Assembly (NCBI GenBank): GCA_963848285.1
Contig: CAWKCZ010000002.1
Coordinates: forward strand, 129,358 to 193,357
Reading direction: 5' to 3'
Source of the DNA: an uncultured delta proteobacterium
Lineage (GTDB): Bacteria > Desulfobacterota > Binatia > Binatales > Binataceae
Length of the DNA stretch: 64,000 bases
Below, one piece after another: positions 10,425 through 20,572 of the stretch. The position numbers and the translations under genes were made by a program. Positions within the stretch are counted from its first letter, which is position 1. Every line of letters begins with the position of its first letter. The notes under the pieces were generated by a model that was not told the origin of the DNA, did not search any database, and saw nothing but the letters and a program-made list of their open reading frames with translations.

Positions 10425-11580
10425 TCAACTGATGTCGCGAAGGGTTTGCCAGACCGGCTTGCTGCAGGGCAGAGAGCACCTCCGTGAGCGAGCGGACAGT
10501 CCGCCGATGCATAGCGCCATCGCGACGCCGCCCAACATCAGCGGAAGCGGCATGCCATGGCTAAGGCTGGACCCGAAGCGCCGGGACGGTCCCACGCACC
10601 ACATCAAGGATCGCAGCCGCCAGCATCGATCCCGTCAATCCACCTAACAGAGCCGATCGCGAGGCCTTCGGCCATGAATGCAGCGACAATCTGAGAGTTG
10701 GAAAATCCTACGGTGCGGAGCACGGCGATTTCGCCGCGGCGTTCGCGCAGAGTCATTGCCGAGCCATTAAGGACTGCGAGCGCGAGTGCGAACACCGCGC
10801 ATAGCCCGACCGCCTGTACGATGCGCCCCAAAGATTCGAAATCGGACCAGGAACGTGGTCAGGAATTCTTTTTCGGTGTCGGTTTCGGTTTCATGCGCCG
10901 AATTGCGGAAGGTGGCGTCGATCTGGCTGGCGAGCGGCTGCGACGCTGGGAATTCGCGCATCGCACCCACATCATGTCGACCGGCGCCGCATCGTGCAGC
11001 GCTTCTTCAAGGTAGTCGCGCCGGAACATGAAGACCGAGGGGTCAGTCCCCCCGGCATATGTACCGACGATGAGGAAACTGCAAAGTGACCGGATAGACC
11101 TGACTGCGAAGGATGACATTCTGCCCGATCTTCCACCCGAAACGGTGCATAGTTGCGACGCCCACCACGGCGCCGTCGCGATGCGCCTTGAGGGCGGCGA
11201 GAGTTCGAGCATCGAAGCCGTTTTCCGGCCAGGTCTCTGCCAACGTGTCGGCATCGATCGCGACGCTGGAAAACTGATGCTTCGGGTCATCATAGACGCC
11301 GCCGAACCAGGTCATCCGGTTGACGGTGATGACATCGGGCAGCTTTTCGATTTGTCGCGAATACGACTCCGGCAGTCCATAGCGCATCGCCGATCTGTTC
11401 ATGACCACCAGTCGTGCCGAGGAGTCTGCGACGTCTGCAATTCGATGGGTCACATAAGGAACGACCATCACGCTGCAGAAGACCAGGGTTGCGCAAGCGA
11501 CCGCGAGGATCGTAAGAAGCGTACGCGCTTCGATTGCGGCGCATCAGGCTGACAGCGGCGAAAGACAGGAGCGCGAACAT
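10425..11580 (-). CDS. ABC-transporter permease, FtsX/MacB family, frame-disrupted; no cognate ATPase gene adjacent
   Basis: N-terminus MFALLSFAAVSLMRRNRSAY + LLTILAVACATLVF (TM1). A MacB-like periplasmic domain follows (VVMNRSAMRYGLPESYSRQIEKLPDVITVNRMTWFGGVY..VGVATMHRFGWKIGQNVIL). The FtsX C-terminal domain reads GEIAVLRTVGFSNSQIVAAFMAEGLAIG..PLPLMLGGVAMALCIGG. The pieces lie in ORFs 11290..11580, 11043..11471, 10859..11293, 10604..10831 and 10425..10607, with at least 4 frame changes. Confidence 0.7.
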
Positions 11581-11684
11581 CCCCCATTGACCGTTCCCTT
11601 TGGCGTTAAGTGCTCTCGCTAACGTGCGCGCCTAGTAGAGCACATTCCGGCCACTTGGAGTCAACCGAGAGAATGTGGAATGCC

Positions 11685-13365
11685 CTACCTTATTGCGTAG
11701 ACATTTCCTCCGGCCGCGATGTAGAGCACTCCAGAAGCTGAAATCGTTGCATGATCGATTGCTCCGAAGCTGCTGGTCGACCATTTCACCGAGCCATCGG
11801 AATTCAACATGGCTATGATGTCGTTATCCAACGGCACCAGCACTCCTTCGATGCCATCGCTGACAAGCGGATGCGTAACACCCTTGGCGAGCGTCTGGTG
11901 CCAGGCAAGTGAGCCATCGGAATTCAACGCATAGATGGCGTCCGAGCCGAAGAAAATCGGCCCGTCAGGATTCAGCACTGGACCGCCCGCGACCGCGATT
12001 CCGGTGTCGTAGGACCATTGCGATTCGCCCCCCGCCGCGTCCAGAGCGTAAAGACGCCCGCTGCCGGAGCCGATGTAGACTGCGTCTCCGCGAACCCCGA
12101 TCTCGCCGGCGAATCCGCCCTGCGGCTTAAAGCTCCAGCGCTGCGTGCCATCGGATGCGAAGGCGATTACCGAAGCGCCATTGGCGCCAGCCATAATGCT
12201 GCCATCGTTCAGGAATTGCGCGGCCGTGATTTGGTCGGGAGCATTCGCGCGCCATTGGATCAGGCCGGTAGAGGTGGCGGCGACAAGCTGACGATCTTCC
12301 TGGAACAAGACGATGCTTAAAGATGCGGCCAGGGGTCCGACCGTCGAACTGACCTCGGTGCTCCATAGCGGCTTCCCGATCGAGGATAGCGCTTCGAGGG
12401 TTCCGTCGCCCGCCAGGGCATAGATCACGCCTTCAGGCGAAACCGCGATGCTCTTTCCGCTACAGCGCCGGCTCCATCGCTCGCGGCCCTTGGCATTCAC
12501 GGAATGCAGGTAACCATCGAGCGTCAAGAAGTAAATATTCCCGTCCGGCGATGCAACCAGCCGGCTCGCGACCGGGCTCACACCCTCGAAGGTCCATTGC
12601 AGAATACCCGCGATGCTCGAGTCGCGCGGTGGCGCTTTCGTTTGATCGGCGATGCCATTGTGTCCCTTCGGGGTTGGCGTAGCCGTCGGTGCTAAAGTCG
12701 GGCACGCCGGGCAGGCCGTCGGCGTCGGTCCGGGCCCATTGGATACTCCGACCATGATGGCGTCGGCGGATAGTCCTCCGGAGCTGACCTGAATACAGGC
12801 GCACCCATTGCTTAGAGCCTGATAGATGCCCCCCAGCGGCGGAGGTCGGGGCGGCGCCAGCACGGTTTGATTGCTCGACGTCCACAACGTGGAATTTCGA
12901 TTCGTGATGTCGGCGACCTGGATTCCTCTGGGCCTTGGTGAACAGCCCACTGGCATTGAAGAACGCCTGCTGGCCGACTGAAAATGCTGTTGGGCTCGCC
13001 TGCGGCCCCAGGGTTGGGATGGGGGTGGCTTTGGGAGTATGGGTGGCGGTGGCCGTCGGCGGCGGAGGCGTCGGGGTTGGCCCGGTGGGAGTCGCCGTCA
13101 TCGTTGCAGGGGTGGAGGTTCGGGTCGGTGTCGGACTCGGAGTTGGCGTAGCCGCGGGGGGACTTCCCGCACCGATGACGATTTCGACGAGATTGAAGCC
13201 CGGCTGCGGTCCAGCGGTCGGACACGCGCCCGGGACGAAGTTTCCAAACTGGTCAAACGAACCGGAGCATCCGCTGTCGCCGCCACCGCAACTGCTCATC
13301 AGCAGCGTAATCGCGACGAACAGCACGACCGGCGCAACAACAATCCATCTCAAACGCCTCGACAT
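11685..13365 (-). CDS. lipoprotein with Pro/Thr linkers, a Big_2-like Ig domain and a PQQ-like (BamB-type) beta-propeller; one frame break near 12945
   Basis: MSRRLRWIVVAPVVLFVAITLLMSSC (lipobox), then a PT-rich linker (PTPSPTPTRTSTPATMTATPTGPTPTPPPP). A Big_2-like segment follows (FSVGQQAFFNASG..VADITNRNSTLWTSSNQTVLA..IQVSSGGLSADAIMVGV), then a second PT linker. The rest is repeated beta-propeller blades (DGNIYFLTLDGYLHSVNAKGRERW, GVIYALAGDGTLEAL, GRLYALDAAGGESQW, DAIYALNSDGSLAW, GNVYAI). Confidence 0.7.
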
Positions 13366-13413
13366 TGAATGAAGAGCTAATATGGTGACGGCTCAGGGTG
13401 TCAAGCGACTTCA

Positions 13414-14169
13414 CTATTGTTCGTCCCACCCGAGCCGGTGCGAGATGCCGAGGGTGCCGTAGCCGCCGAGATTCCCATAGCCGGCCTGGATGTCGATGCT
13501 GGTCTTCCAGCGCCGCAGCACGATGCCAAGATCGGGACCGAATTCCTTCATCAGGTGCGGTTCCTGCCCGTCGCCCCACAGCTGGCCGCCACCGCCCGCC
13601 AACCAGGTCACCTCGCGCCACGAGGCGACTACCATGCGCAAATCCACGGCGCCGCCGCTTTGTCCATTGTTGTAAAAATGATCGCCGACGAATGAGAGAT
13701 TGATGGGATGGCGACTGTGCAACCACAGCCAAGTGGAGAAATCGCCCTCGATGCGCGGACGGTCGCTATCGCCGACGTCGCTCCCGCCGAGAATTTTCAG
13801 TGTGGTTCCCTGCCAGGGAAGAAAATCGAGGCCGCCGAGCAACACGCCGAAGTTGCGCGGCCGTGATCCATGGCCGATGCCGGGCCAGTCCCAGCCGTCG
13901 CCCTGGTAACCCTGGTATGCCGAAACGCGGCCGACCAGGCTCAGGTAGGGATTGAGAGTTTGTTCGAGCTCGAAGCCTTCGTGCGTCGCGGTGTATTTGC
14001 TTTCCGCCGCGATGAAGCCGGCGAACATAGTGACGCTCAGATGCTGAGGGTTGGCTGGCGTAAAGAAATCGGAGTACGGGATTGTCCCTGCGAAAGCCGA
14101 GCGAGCAACCATCAGGAGTGCCACCACCGTCGCGAGGCGCGCCATCCTCATCAGCGCGAGGAGTGTCAT
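13414..14169 (-). CDS. secreted beta-rich hypothetical protein (possible outer-membrane barrel), no family recognised
   Basis: 251-aa intact ORF with signal peptide MTLLALMRMARLATVVALLMVARSAFA/G. It is Gly- and aromatic-rich with alternating segments. Its start codon lies 1 nt after the stop of the FecR-domain gene. Confidence 0.5.
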   Translation of the reverse strand: MTLLALMRMARLATVVALLMVARSAFAGTIPYSDFFTPANPQHLSVTMFAGFIAAESKYTATHEGFELEQTLNPYLSLVGRVSAYQGYQGDGWDWPGIGHGSRPRNFGVLLGGLDFLPWQGTTLKILGGSDVGDSDRPRIEGDFSTWLWLHSRHPINLSFVGDHFYNNGQSGGAVDLRMVVASWREVTWLAGGGGQLWGDGQEPHLMKEFGPDLGIVLRRWKTSIDIQAGYGNLGGYGTLGISHRLGWDEQ

Positions 14170-14170
14170 T

Positions 14171-14815
14171 CTAGTGATAGCCCGGCGCTGTCATGTCCTG
14201 CATGCCCAATGGCGCAGGCGAAGTCGGAGCGGATTCGCACGCTACGGTCGTCTCGTAGCCTTCCTTAACTTCCACCGCTGATGATGGATTGGAAGGATTC
14301 TTCACCGCGACGACGCCTCGGGTCACGCCGACGGTGGTGTAGCGCATGCAGCTTCGATCCTCGGGGCAGGGGCGATCGGCGATGTACGCGGTCTCGAACT
14401 CCGTCCCCCGCACCGAAGCAGTAGCGTTAGGAGTGTGAACATCGAACATCGGCACCGGGCCAACAATTGCCTTAACGATGCTCCGAAGGTGCCCGGCCCA
14501 CAGCGAAAGCAACGCGGATTGGCGCGTTGTGCCCGAGATCGCATAACGCTCGATGGTGAGCGAGCTCGACTCTCCTATTTCGATCTGGCTGCCATCTTTG
14601 AAAGTCACTGAAATCTGCGCCTTGGCCGAAGTAAGGAGTTTGTCGCCTACTATTACTGGCATCGCGGTGGCGGCCTCGAGGTCACGACCGCCGCGTGCCA
14701 CCTTCGCCGAGCCGCTGATTCTCGAAATCTCGCCGACCGCTTCCTGAGCCGCTGAATCCTGCGCAAGGAAGATGCTCATCAATAAAATCGCAGTCGCACA
14801 GATCGATCGGAACAT
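14171..14815 (-). CDS. FecR-domain secreted protein
   Basis: ORF 14171..14899; likely start MFRSICATAILLMSIFLAQDSAAQEA (signal peptide) at 14815. The body reads GEISRISGSAKVARGG..PVIVGDKLLTSAKAQISVTFKDGSQIEIGESSSLTI..VHTPNATASVRGTEFE, matching the FecR/PupR sensor-domain pattern. No sigma or anti-sigma partner is nearby. Confidence 0.65.
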   Translation of the reverse strand: MFRSICATAILLMSIFLAQDSAAQEAVGEISRISGSAKVARGGRDLEAATAMPVIVGDKLLTSAKAQISVTFKDGSQIEIGESSSLTIERYAISGTTRQSALLSLWAGHLRSIVKAIVGPVPMFDVHTPNATASVRGTEFETAYIADRPCPEDRSCMRYTTVGVTRGVVAVKNPSNPSSAVEVKEGYETTVACESAPTSPAPLGMQDMTAPGYH

Positions 14816-15016
14816 CCGAAATGCCTCCTGCCCAGTGTCACTAAGGTGAAGTGAAGCATGAATCAGTGTGTCTACTAATTGCTCCTGAAGGAGACACAAA
14901 GTAGCGATTATCGCAGAGGAGATTCAAACAATTGTTCGGGCGAAGATCGTGGTTTGACTTCGGCGCCGCGCCGCTGCGTACTATTCGGACCGCATTCGGC
15001 AAGGAGATAATCGCGC

Positions 15017-15643
15017 ATGATCGTCGTCCATCATCTCAACAATTCGCGCTCGCAAAGAATTCTGTGGGCGCTCGAAGAACTCGGCATCCCCTACGAAATC
15101 AAACGCTACCAGCGCGATGCCCAAACCAACCTCGCGCCGCCCGAATTGAAGCAGGTTCATCCGCTCGGAAAATCGCCGGTCATCACCGACGGCAATCGTA
15201 CCATCATCGAATCGGCGGCGATTATCGACTACCTGATTCGGCATTACGGTAAGGGAAAACTGCAACCCGCGACCGACTCCTTGGCTTACGATGAGTACGT
15301 GCAGTGGCTGCACTATGCGGAAAGCTCCGCGATGCTTCCGCTGATGCTCAACCTCTATGTGGGCAGGCTCGGCGAGGCCGGCGCGCCGCTGCATCCGCGC
15401 ATCGAGAGCGAGATGGCGAACCACCTCGGCTACCTGGACAGCTCGCTTGCGGGCAAGCAGTTCCTCCTCGGCAATGAGCTGAGCGGTGCGGACCTCGAGA
15501 TGAGTTTCGTGGCCGAGGTTGCGGGCGTGATGGGCAAGCGGGCCGCGTATCCGAACCTGGACGCGTGGATCAAGCGGCTCCACGAGCGCCCCGCATACAA
15601 GAAGGCGCTCGAGAAGGGTGGTGCCTACGCTTACGGGAACTGA
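15017..15643 (+). CDS. glutathione S-transferase family protein
   Basis: 208-aa intact ORF. It reads MIVVHHLNNSRSQRILWALEELGIPYEIKRYQRD..VHPLGKSPVITDGNRTIIESAAIIDYL, a GST N-terminal thioredoxin-like fold with a catalytic Ser, followed by a helical C-domain. RBS AAGGAG. Confidence 0.85.
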   Translation: MIVVHHLNNSRSQRILWALEELGIPYEIKRYQRDAQTNLAPPELKQVHPLGKSPVITDGNRTIIESAAIIDYLIRHYGKGKLQPATDSLAYDEYVQWLHYAESSAMLPLMLNLYVGRLGEAGAPLHPRIESEMANHLGYLDSSLAGKQFLLGNELSGADLEMSFVAEVAGVMGKRAAYPNLDAWIKRLHERPAYKKALEKGGAYAYGN

Positions 15644-15667
15644 GCGCTGAATCGGGTCGCGGCGTCG

Positions 15668-17690
15668 CTAGGGCGCCGCGATCTCCTCGACCTCGAGCTT
15701 CTCCAGTTCCGCATACATCCGTTCAATGTCGCGTCCGAGTTGCTGATAGCGTCCGATCAGCTCATCGGCATCTTTGCGCCGGATGTAAAAATTCGGATCG
15801 TTCATCTCGCTCGCAAGGCCCGCACGCTCGGCCTCTTTGCCCTCGATGCTCGCCTCGATTTGCTGGTACGGCGTTTCTGCATCTGATCGCGACGGCGTTT
15901 CGCCTCGCGGTCGTCGGCGCGTTTGGGTTGCTCGGCATGCTTGTCATGCTTCGGATGCCCGCCATTGCGATCCGACTGCGCGACTGCCATTGGTAGATGC
16001 GAGCACGGAGCTTCGCCGGCCTTCGTCGAGGCTTTCGCTGCGGCCATCCCCGCATTCGCGAGATCCAATCTCGGCCTTCTTGCGCAGATAATCGTCGTAG
16101 TTGCCGAGGTATCGGATAGCGTGGCCGCGCCCGACTTCGAGGACTTCGTTCACCAGCTCATTGAGGATGAAGCGATCGTGGCTGACCAGCAGAACCGTGC
16201 CCGCGAAATCCTTTGAGCGCTTCGAGCAGGGTGTCCTTCGCCACGATGTCGAGGTTGTTGGTCGGCTCGTCGAGCAGCAGCGTGTTGTTGCGATGCGCGA
16301 GGACCTTCGACAGCGCCAGCCGCGCGCGCTCACCGCCGGATAGCACCGCGACTTTTTTCTCGACGTCGTCGCCGGAGAACAGCATCGCGCCGAGCAGGCT
16401 GCGAATCTCGCGACTGCTCATCGCATCGGTCGCGCCGCTCAGTTCCTCGTATACGGTCTTGGTGTAGTCGAGTGTGTCGGCGAGGTTTTGCGCGAAGTAT
16501 CCCATCGCGACATTGCCCCCGACGATGCGCTCACCGGCGGTCATCGGCTCGATGTCCGCCAGCATCTTCATCATGGTGGATTTGCCGGCGCCGTTGGGGC
16601 CGACCAGCGCGATGCGCGCGCCGCGCTCGATCACCAGGTCAACGCCATCATAAACGGTCAGGTCGCCGTACTTTTTGACCGCGCCATTGAGCTCGAAGAC
16701 GCGCCGCGCGCTGCGTTCGCATTTCGGAAAATGAATCGAGGGAGGCTTTTCGCTTCCGGCCGGAGGCTCGAGGCGCTCGACCTTTTCCAGCTGCTTGATG
16801 CGCGACTGCACCAGCTTGGCCTTGCTCGCCTGGTAGCGGAAGCGGCTGATGAAGGCCTCCATATGCTCGATTTCTTCGCGCTGATTTTCGTAGGCCTGCA
16901 TCTCGAGCTGGAAGCGTTCCTCGCGCTGCACCAGGTAGCGGGAATATCCGCCGACATATTCGGTCAGCCTGCCGCGCGAAACCTCGACGGTCTTTTTGGT
17001 GATGCGATCGAGGAAGTAGCGATCGTGCGAGACCACGATGATGCCGCCGGCATACGACGACAGGTAATCTTCGAGCCAGTTGCGCGCCTCGATATCGAGG
17101 TGGTTGGTCGGCTCGTCGAGCATCATGAACTCGGGCTGATCGAGCAGCAGCTTGGCGAGCGCGATACGCATCCGGATACCGCCGGAAAATTCCGCGACAT
17201 CGCGATGGAGATCGCTTTCGCGTAAAGCCGAGCCCGAAGAGCACCGCCTCGGCGCGGCTTTCCGCGGTGTAGAAATCGCGATGCTCAAGTTCGCTGAGCA
17301 CATCGCCATACTCATTCATCGCGGCGTCGTGCGCGGGGCCCTCTTGCGACTCGGCGAGAATCTTTTCCAGCTCGTGGCGGCGCAAGTCGAGTTCCTGGAG
17401 CCGGGTCAGCGCCGAGAGCGTCTCGTTGAGCACCGAGCGGCCGCCCATGTCCGGCGACTCCTGATGCAGATATCCGACTCGCGCGCGCTGCGGCAAGCGA
17501 AATACGGCCGGAGTCCGGCGCCATGCACGCCGCCGATGATCTTCAGCAGCGTCGACTTGCCCGCGCCGTTGAGGCCGACCAGCCCGACCCTGCCGTCATC
17601 GGGCATGGACCAGCTCACATCGGCAAGAATCTTGCGGGCGCCGAAGGACTTGGAGATGTTGTCGAGACTAAGCACGGTGAATCGAAGCAT
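15668..17690 (-). CDS. ABC-F family ATPase (two ABC domains, no TM; Uup/YheS-like), frame-disrupted
   Basis: MLRFTVLSLDNISKSFGARKIL..GLVGLNGAGKSTLLKII (Walker A 1), then FSGGIRMRIALAKLLLDQPEFMMLDEPTNHLD. The inter-domain linker is EMQAYENQREEIEHMEAFISRF. The second domain has IALVGPNGAGKSTMMK (Walker A 2), LSGGERARLALSKVL..LLLDEPTNNLD and LLVSHDRFILNEL. A charged coiled C-tail ends ..LEVEEIAAP with the stop at 15668-15670. At least 5 frame changes. Confidence 0.75.
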
Positions 17691-17796
17691 CTTATCAGCC
17701 GCGCGGCGCGGAAAAAACATCGTCAAGCGAGCCAATTGCCTCGGCCCGCGATTGTCGTAAAGATTTCACGCGAGAGCAGCATTGGAGGGCGGCACG

Positions 17797-18139
17797 ATGG
17801 CGATTGTTATCAACGGCGATCGGATACTGGTAGTTGATAAACGCTTATTCAAGGACGATAACACGCGGCTGTTCGTCGGAATCGTCGAGGAATTCGCCAA
17901 CGACGTCATCCGCGCGCGCGGGTTTTCATTTCACGTCAGCCCATATGAAGTCAGCGGCGCGGAGCGCCGTGGCGAGGAGCGGGTGCGCATTATCACGCTT
18001 TCGGCGGGCGATATCGTGTTTCGTGCTGCCGCGCGAGCAGGACCTGACGCGCCTTCAGCTGAAGCGCTCGCCCAAATCGATGCAGCTTTCCGACGGGGTG
18101 TTCGCGATGGACCTCAGCGACTTCATGCTGCGGGCCTAG
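17797..18139 (+). CDS. hypothetical protein (~113 aa), one frame break near 18010
   Basis: GGAGG RBS followed by ATG 17797. It reads MAIVINGDRILVVDKRLFKDDNTRLFVGIVEEFANDVIRARGFSFHVSPYEV.., then continues in the 17834 frame (..VLPREQDLTRLQLKRSPKSMQLSDGVFAMDLSDFMLRA). No family recognised. Confidence 0.45.
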
Positions 18140-19042
18140 CCGCGAGGACTACTGCGGGCTCCGATTCTTTTCTCTTCCACGAACTTGGCGATTTCCGTCC
18201 ACGTCGCCTCGGGATTATCCAGCGGCACATGATGGAATGCGCGCGGGATTTCCTTGTAGACCGAGCCCTTGCACCTTGCGATTCATCCGCCGCGCAGGTC
18301 CTGCCGCTGACCAGCGTGCTCTCCGCGCCCCGCAGGATCAGCGTCGGCAGCTTGCAATCTGCTTGAGGTTGGGGCGCTTCATCCGTCCGCGATGCTTGCG
18401 CCATGCGCGGGTTTCCGGGTCGAAGCGAAATGCCCAATGCCCGTTGGGTAGTTGCAGCGCGCCCTTCATCGCGAGCTGCTCGAGCTGCTCCTTGGTCAGG
18501 TAGGTTCCTGGCGGCGAGAGCCGGAATTTGCGGATGATGTCGTCAGCCGATTTCAGCTCGGGACGCTTGCCGCCCTGCGCGCGCCGCCGCCATCGCCACT
18601 GCAGACGGCGCAGCAGTGGAGGCGGACCCGGCGGGCGCATCGACGATGATCAGTGCGGCGAGCTTTTCCGGAAACGTGACCGCGCACCATTGCGCGACCG
18701 CACCGCCCATCGAATGCCCGATCAGGACGACCTTGGTGCCGAGGTGATCGATGAGCGCGCGGACATCATGAATGTACGACGGCGGGCCGTAGTCGGCGTC
18801 CTTGGACCATCCAGCTGCGCCCATGCCCGCGAAAATCGAGCGCGACCACATGCCCGTATGCGACGAGCTCGGGCGCGACGTAATCCCACCAATGCGCATG
18901 TGCTCCGCCGCCGTGGAGCAGCACGAAAGTTCGCAGCTTCGGATCGCCGCCCCAATCGAGATAGTGAAGTTTGATGATCTTCGTGATCGAAGAAAGAGTT
19001 GGTCGGCTCCGTCGCGACGGTAGCCGCTGGTTCGTTTGGCAT
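18136..19042 (-). CDS. alpha/beta-fold hydrolase, frame-disrupted
   Basis: IKLHYLDWGGDPKLRTFVLLHGGGAHAHWWDYVAPEL..VVALDFRGHGRS, then VVLIGHSMGGAVAQ (GxSxG nucleophile elbow). Later pieces are KLPTLILRGAESTL and ..FHHVPLDNPEATWTEIAKFVEE. They lie in ORFs 18766..19113, 18543..19085, 18338..18640 and 18123..18437, with at least 4 frame changes. The stop overlaps the convergent gene stop within CTAG at 18136-18139. Confidence 0.7.
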
Positions 19043-19277
19043 AGTCGGGGAATTCTATCAGGGACCGGCGCCCGAGGCACATCAAGTTCGGAAATCATTT
19101 GTACCATAGCCAAGGCGATCCGGGCGCGAGTACAAAAAACAGAACCGTGTGACTGATGCCGGTGCTCACTCTCGGTGGCGTAATGATCAAACGTCCACTT
19201 GAACTTGCCGCTAAACTATCTGTAACATCATGGTGCACAAGTTGTAGCCTTCAACGCTACGGTTTCGAAAGGGGGGG

Positions 19278-19643
19278 ATGATGCGTTCGATTCGGCTCGC
19301 GGGTCTGTTGGCCCTGCTTTCTCTGGCGGGATGTGTGTCGGTTGGTTCGCTCGGTGTAATCACCAAAAGTTCCATCGATCCGGCTGCAACCTTAAAGACT
19401 GCGCACACGGTAAGGGATCTTGGTTCGGTCGAGGGCGAAGCATGTCGCTATTTTGTCATCGCAGTGATCCCGTTTGGCAATTCCGATATCCAAACCGCGG
19501 TCGACAAGGCTCTCGCGCCCACCGGTGGTGACGCTTTGGTCAACGTCACGACTTCCACCAGCCTCTACGGCTTCATTCCCGTGTACAACGTGCTGAGTTT
19601 CACCTGCACGACGGTCAAAGGCACCGCGGTGAAGCTGGAATAG
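19278..19643 (+). CDS. TRL-like small lipoprotein
   Basis: 121-aa intact ORF starting MMRSIRLAGLLALLSLAGC (lipobox). It contains GEACRYFVIAVIPFGNSDIQTAVDKAL..GGDALVNV and C-terminal SFTCTTVKGTAVKLE, typical of the TRL protein family. Confidence 0.7.
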   Translation: MMRSIRLAGLLALLSLAGCVSVGSLGVITKSSIDPAATLKTAHTVRDLGSVEGEACRYFVIAVIPFGNSDIQTAVDKALAPTGGDALVNVTTSTSLYGFIPVYNVLSFTCTTVKGTAVKLE

Positions 19644-19753
19644 CCTAGCCTCTCCTCCGTCAGAAAGGTCTCGACTCCCAGGATCATCGCGATGGTGGCG
19701 GGCGGGCGCGCATCGTGGTAACAACCGTCACATCGTAGGAGTGGGTTATCGCG

Positions 19754-20539
19754 ATGGCAGGCAGGCTCGAAAATAAAGTTGCGCTCATAACAGGAGGCGC
19801 CAGCGGCATCGGACGGGCGACGGCGATCCGCTTCGCCGAGGAAGGCGCCCACATCGCGGTCGCCGATCGCGCCCTCGGGGGCGCCGAGGAAGTCGCGTCC
19901 CAGGTACGAAAGCTCGGGCGCAAGGCAATCGCAATCGCGGTCGATACCGCCGATGAGGCGCGTACCGACGCGATGGTCGAGCACACCGTCAAGGAATTCG
20001 GCGGACTCGACATCGTGTTGGCGGCCGCGGGCATCTCGCACGCGCATTATGGCGAAGAGGGCCGTCCCCCGGTGCAGATGACCATCGACAAATCGCTCGC
20101 GGATTGGCGTCGGGTCATAAGCGTCAACCTCGATGGGGTGTTTCTGACCTGCCGTGCTGCCGCGGCAACGATGATCGCGCAGGGCAGGGGCGGCAGGATA
20201 ATTACCATTGCATCGGCGGCGGCGAAGTATCCGCTGCCGGGAGCCGCCGAGTACTGCGCCAGCAAGGCCGGGGTGTGGATGCTGAGCAAGGTGATGGCGG
20301 TCGAACTCGCGCCGCATAAGATCACCGTGAACGCGATCGGGCCGGGCTGGATCGACACGCCGATGACCGCGGACATTCAGAAGGAAGCTGAATTCGCAGA
20401 AAGCCTTGCAGAAGTTCCGCTCGGCCACGTCGGCGAGCCCCTCGATGTTGCGAACACGGCGCTCTTTCTCGCCAGCGAGGAAGGCCGCTACTACACCGGC
20501 TCGATACTGCATCCCGACGGCGGCTTGCTGATGTGGTAA
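19754..20539 (+). CDS. SDR-family oxidoreductase (intact copy of a tandem pair)
   Basis: 261 aa with KVALITGGASGIGRATAIRFAEEGAHIAVADR, AAAGISH and ASAAAKYPLPGAAEYCASKAGV (YxxxK). It also has NAIGPGWIDTPM and the C-terminal YYTGSILHPDGGLLMW. Confidence 0.85.
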   Translation: MAGRLENKVALITGGASGIGRATAIRFAEEGAHIAVADRALGGAEEVASQVRKLGRKAIAIAVDTADEARTDAMVEHTVKEFGGLDIVLAAAGISHAHYGEEGRPPVQMTIDKSLADWRRVISVNLDGVFLTCRAAAATMIAQGRGGRIITIASAAAKYPLPGAAEYCASKAGVWMLSKVMAVELAPHKITVNAIGPGWIDTPMTADIQKEAEFAESLAEVPLGHVGEPLDVANTALFLASEEGRYYTGSILHPDGGLLMW

Positions 20540-20572
20540 GGCTTCAGGATGATTTAGCAAAGGATCGAAAAA

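Noticed and set aside
12935-13372. 145-aa plus-strand ORF rich in Gly/Val
   Set aside because: It is the antisense reading of the Pro/Thr-rich linker of the BamB-like lipoprotein; CCN and ACN codons read backwards give Gly and Val. It is not an independent gene.
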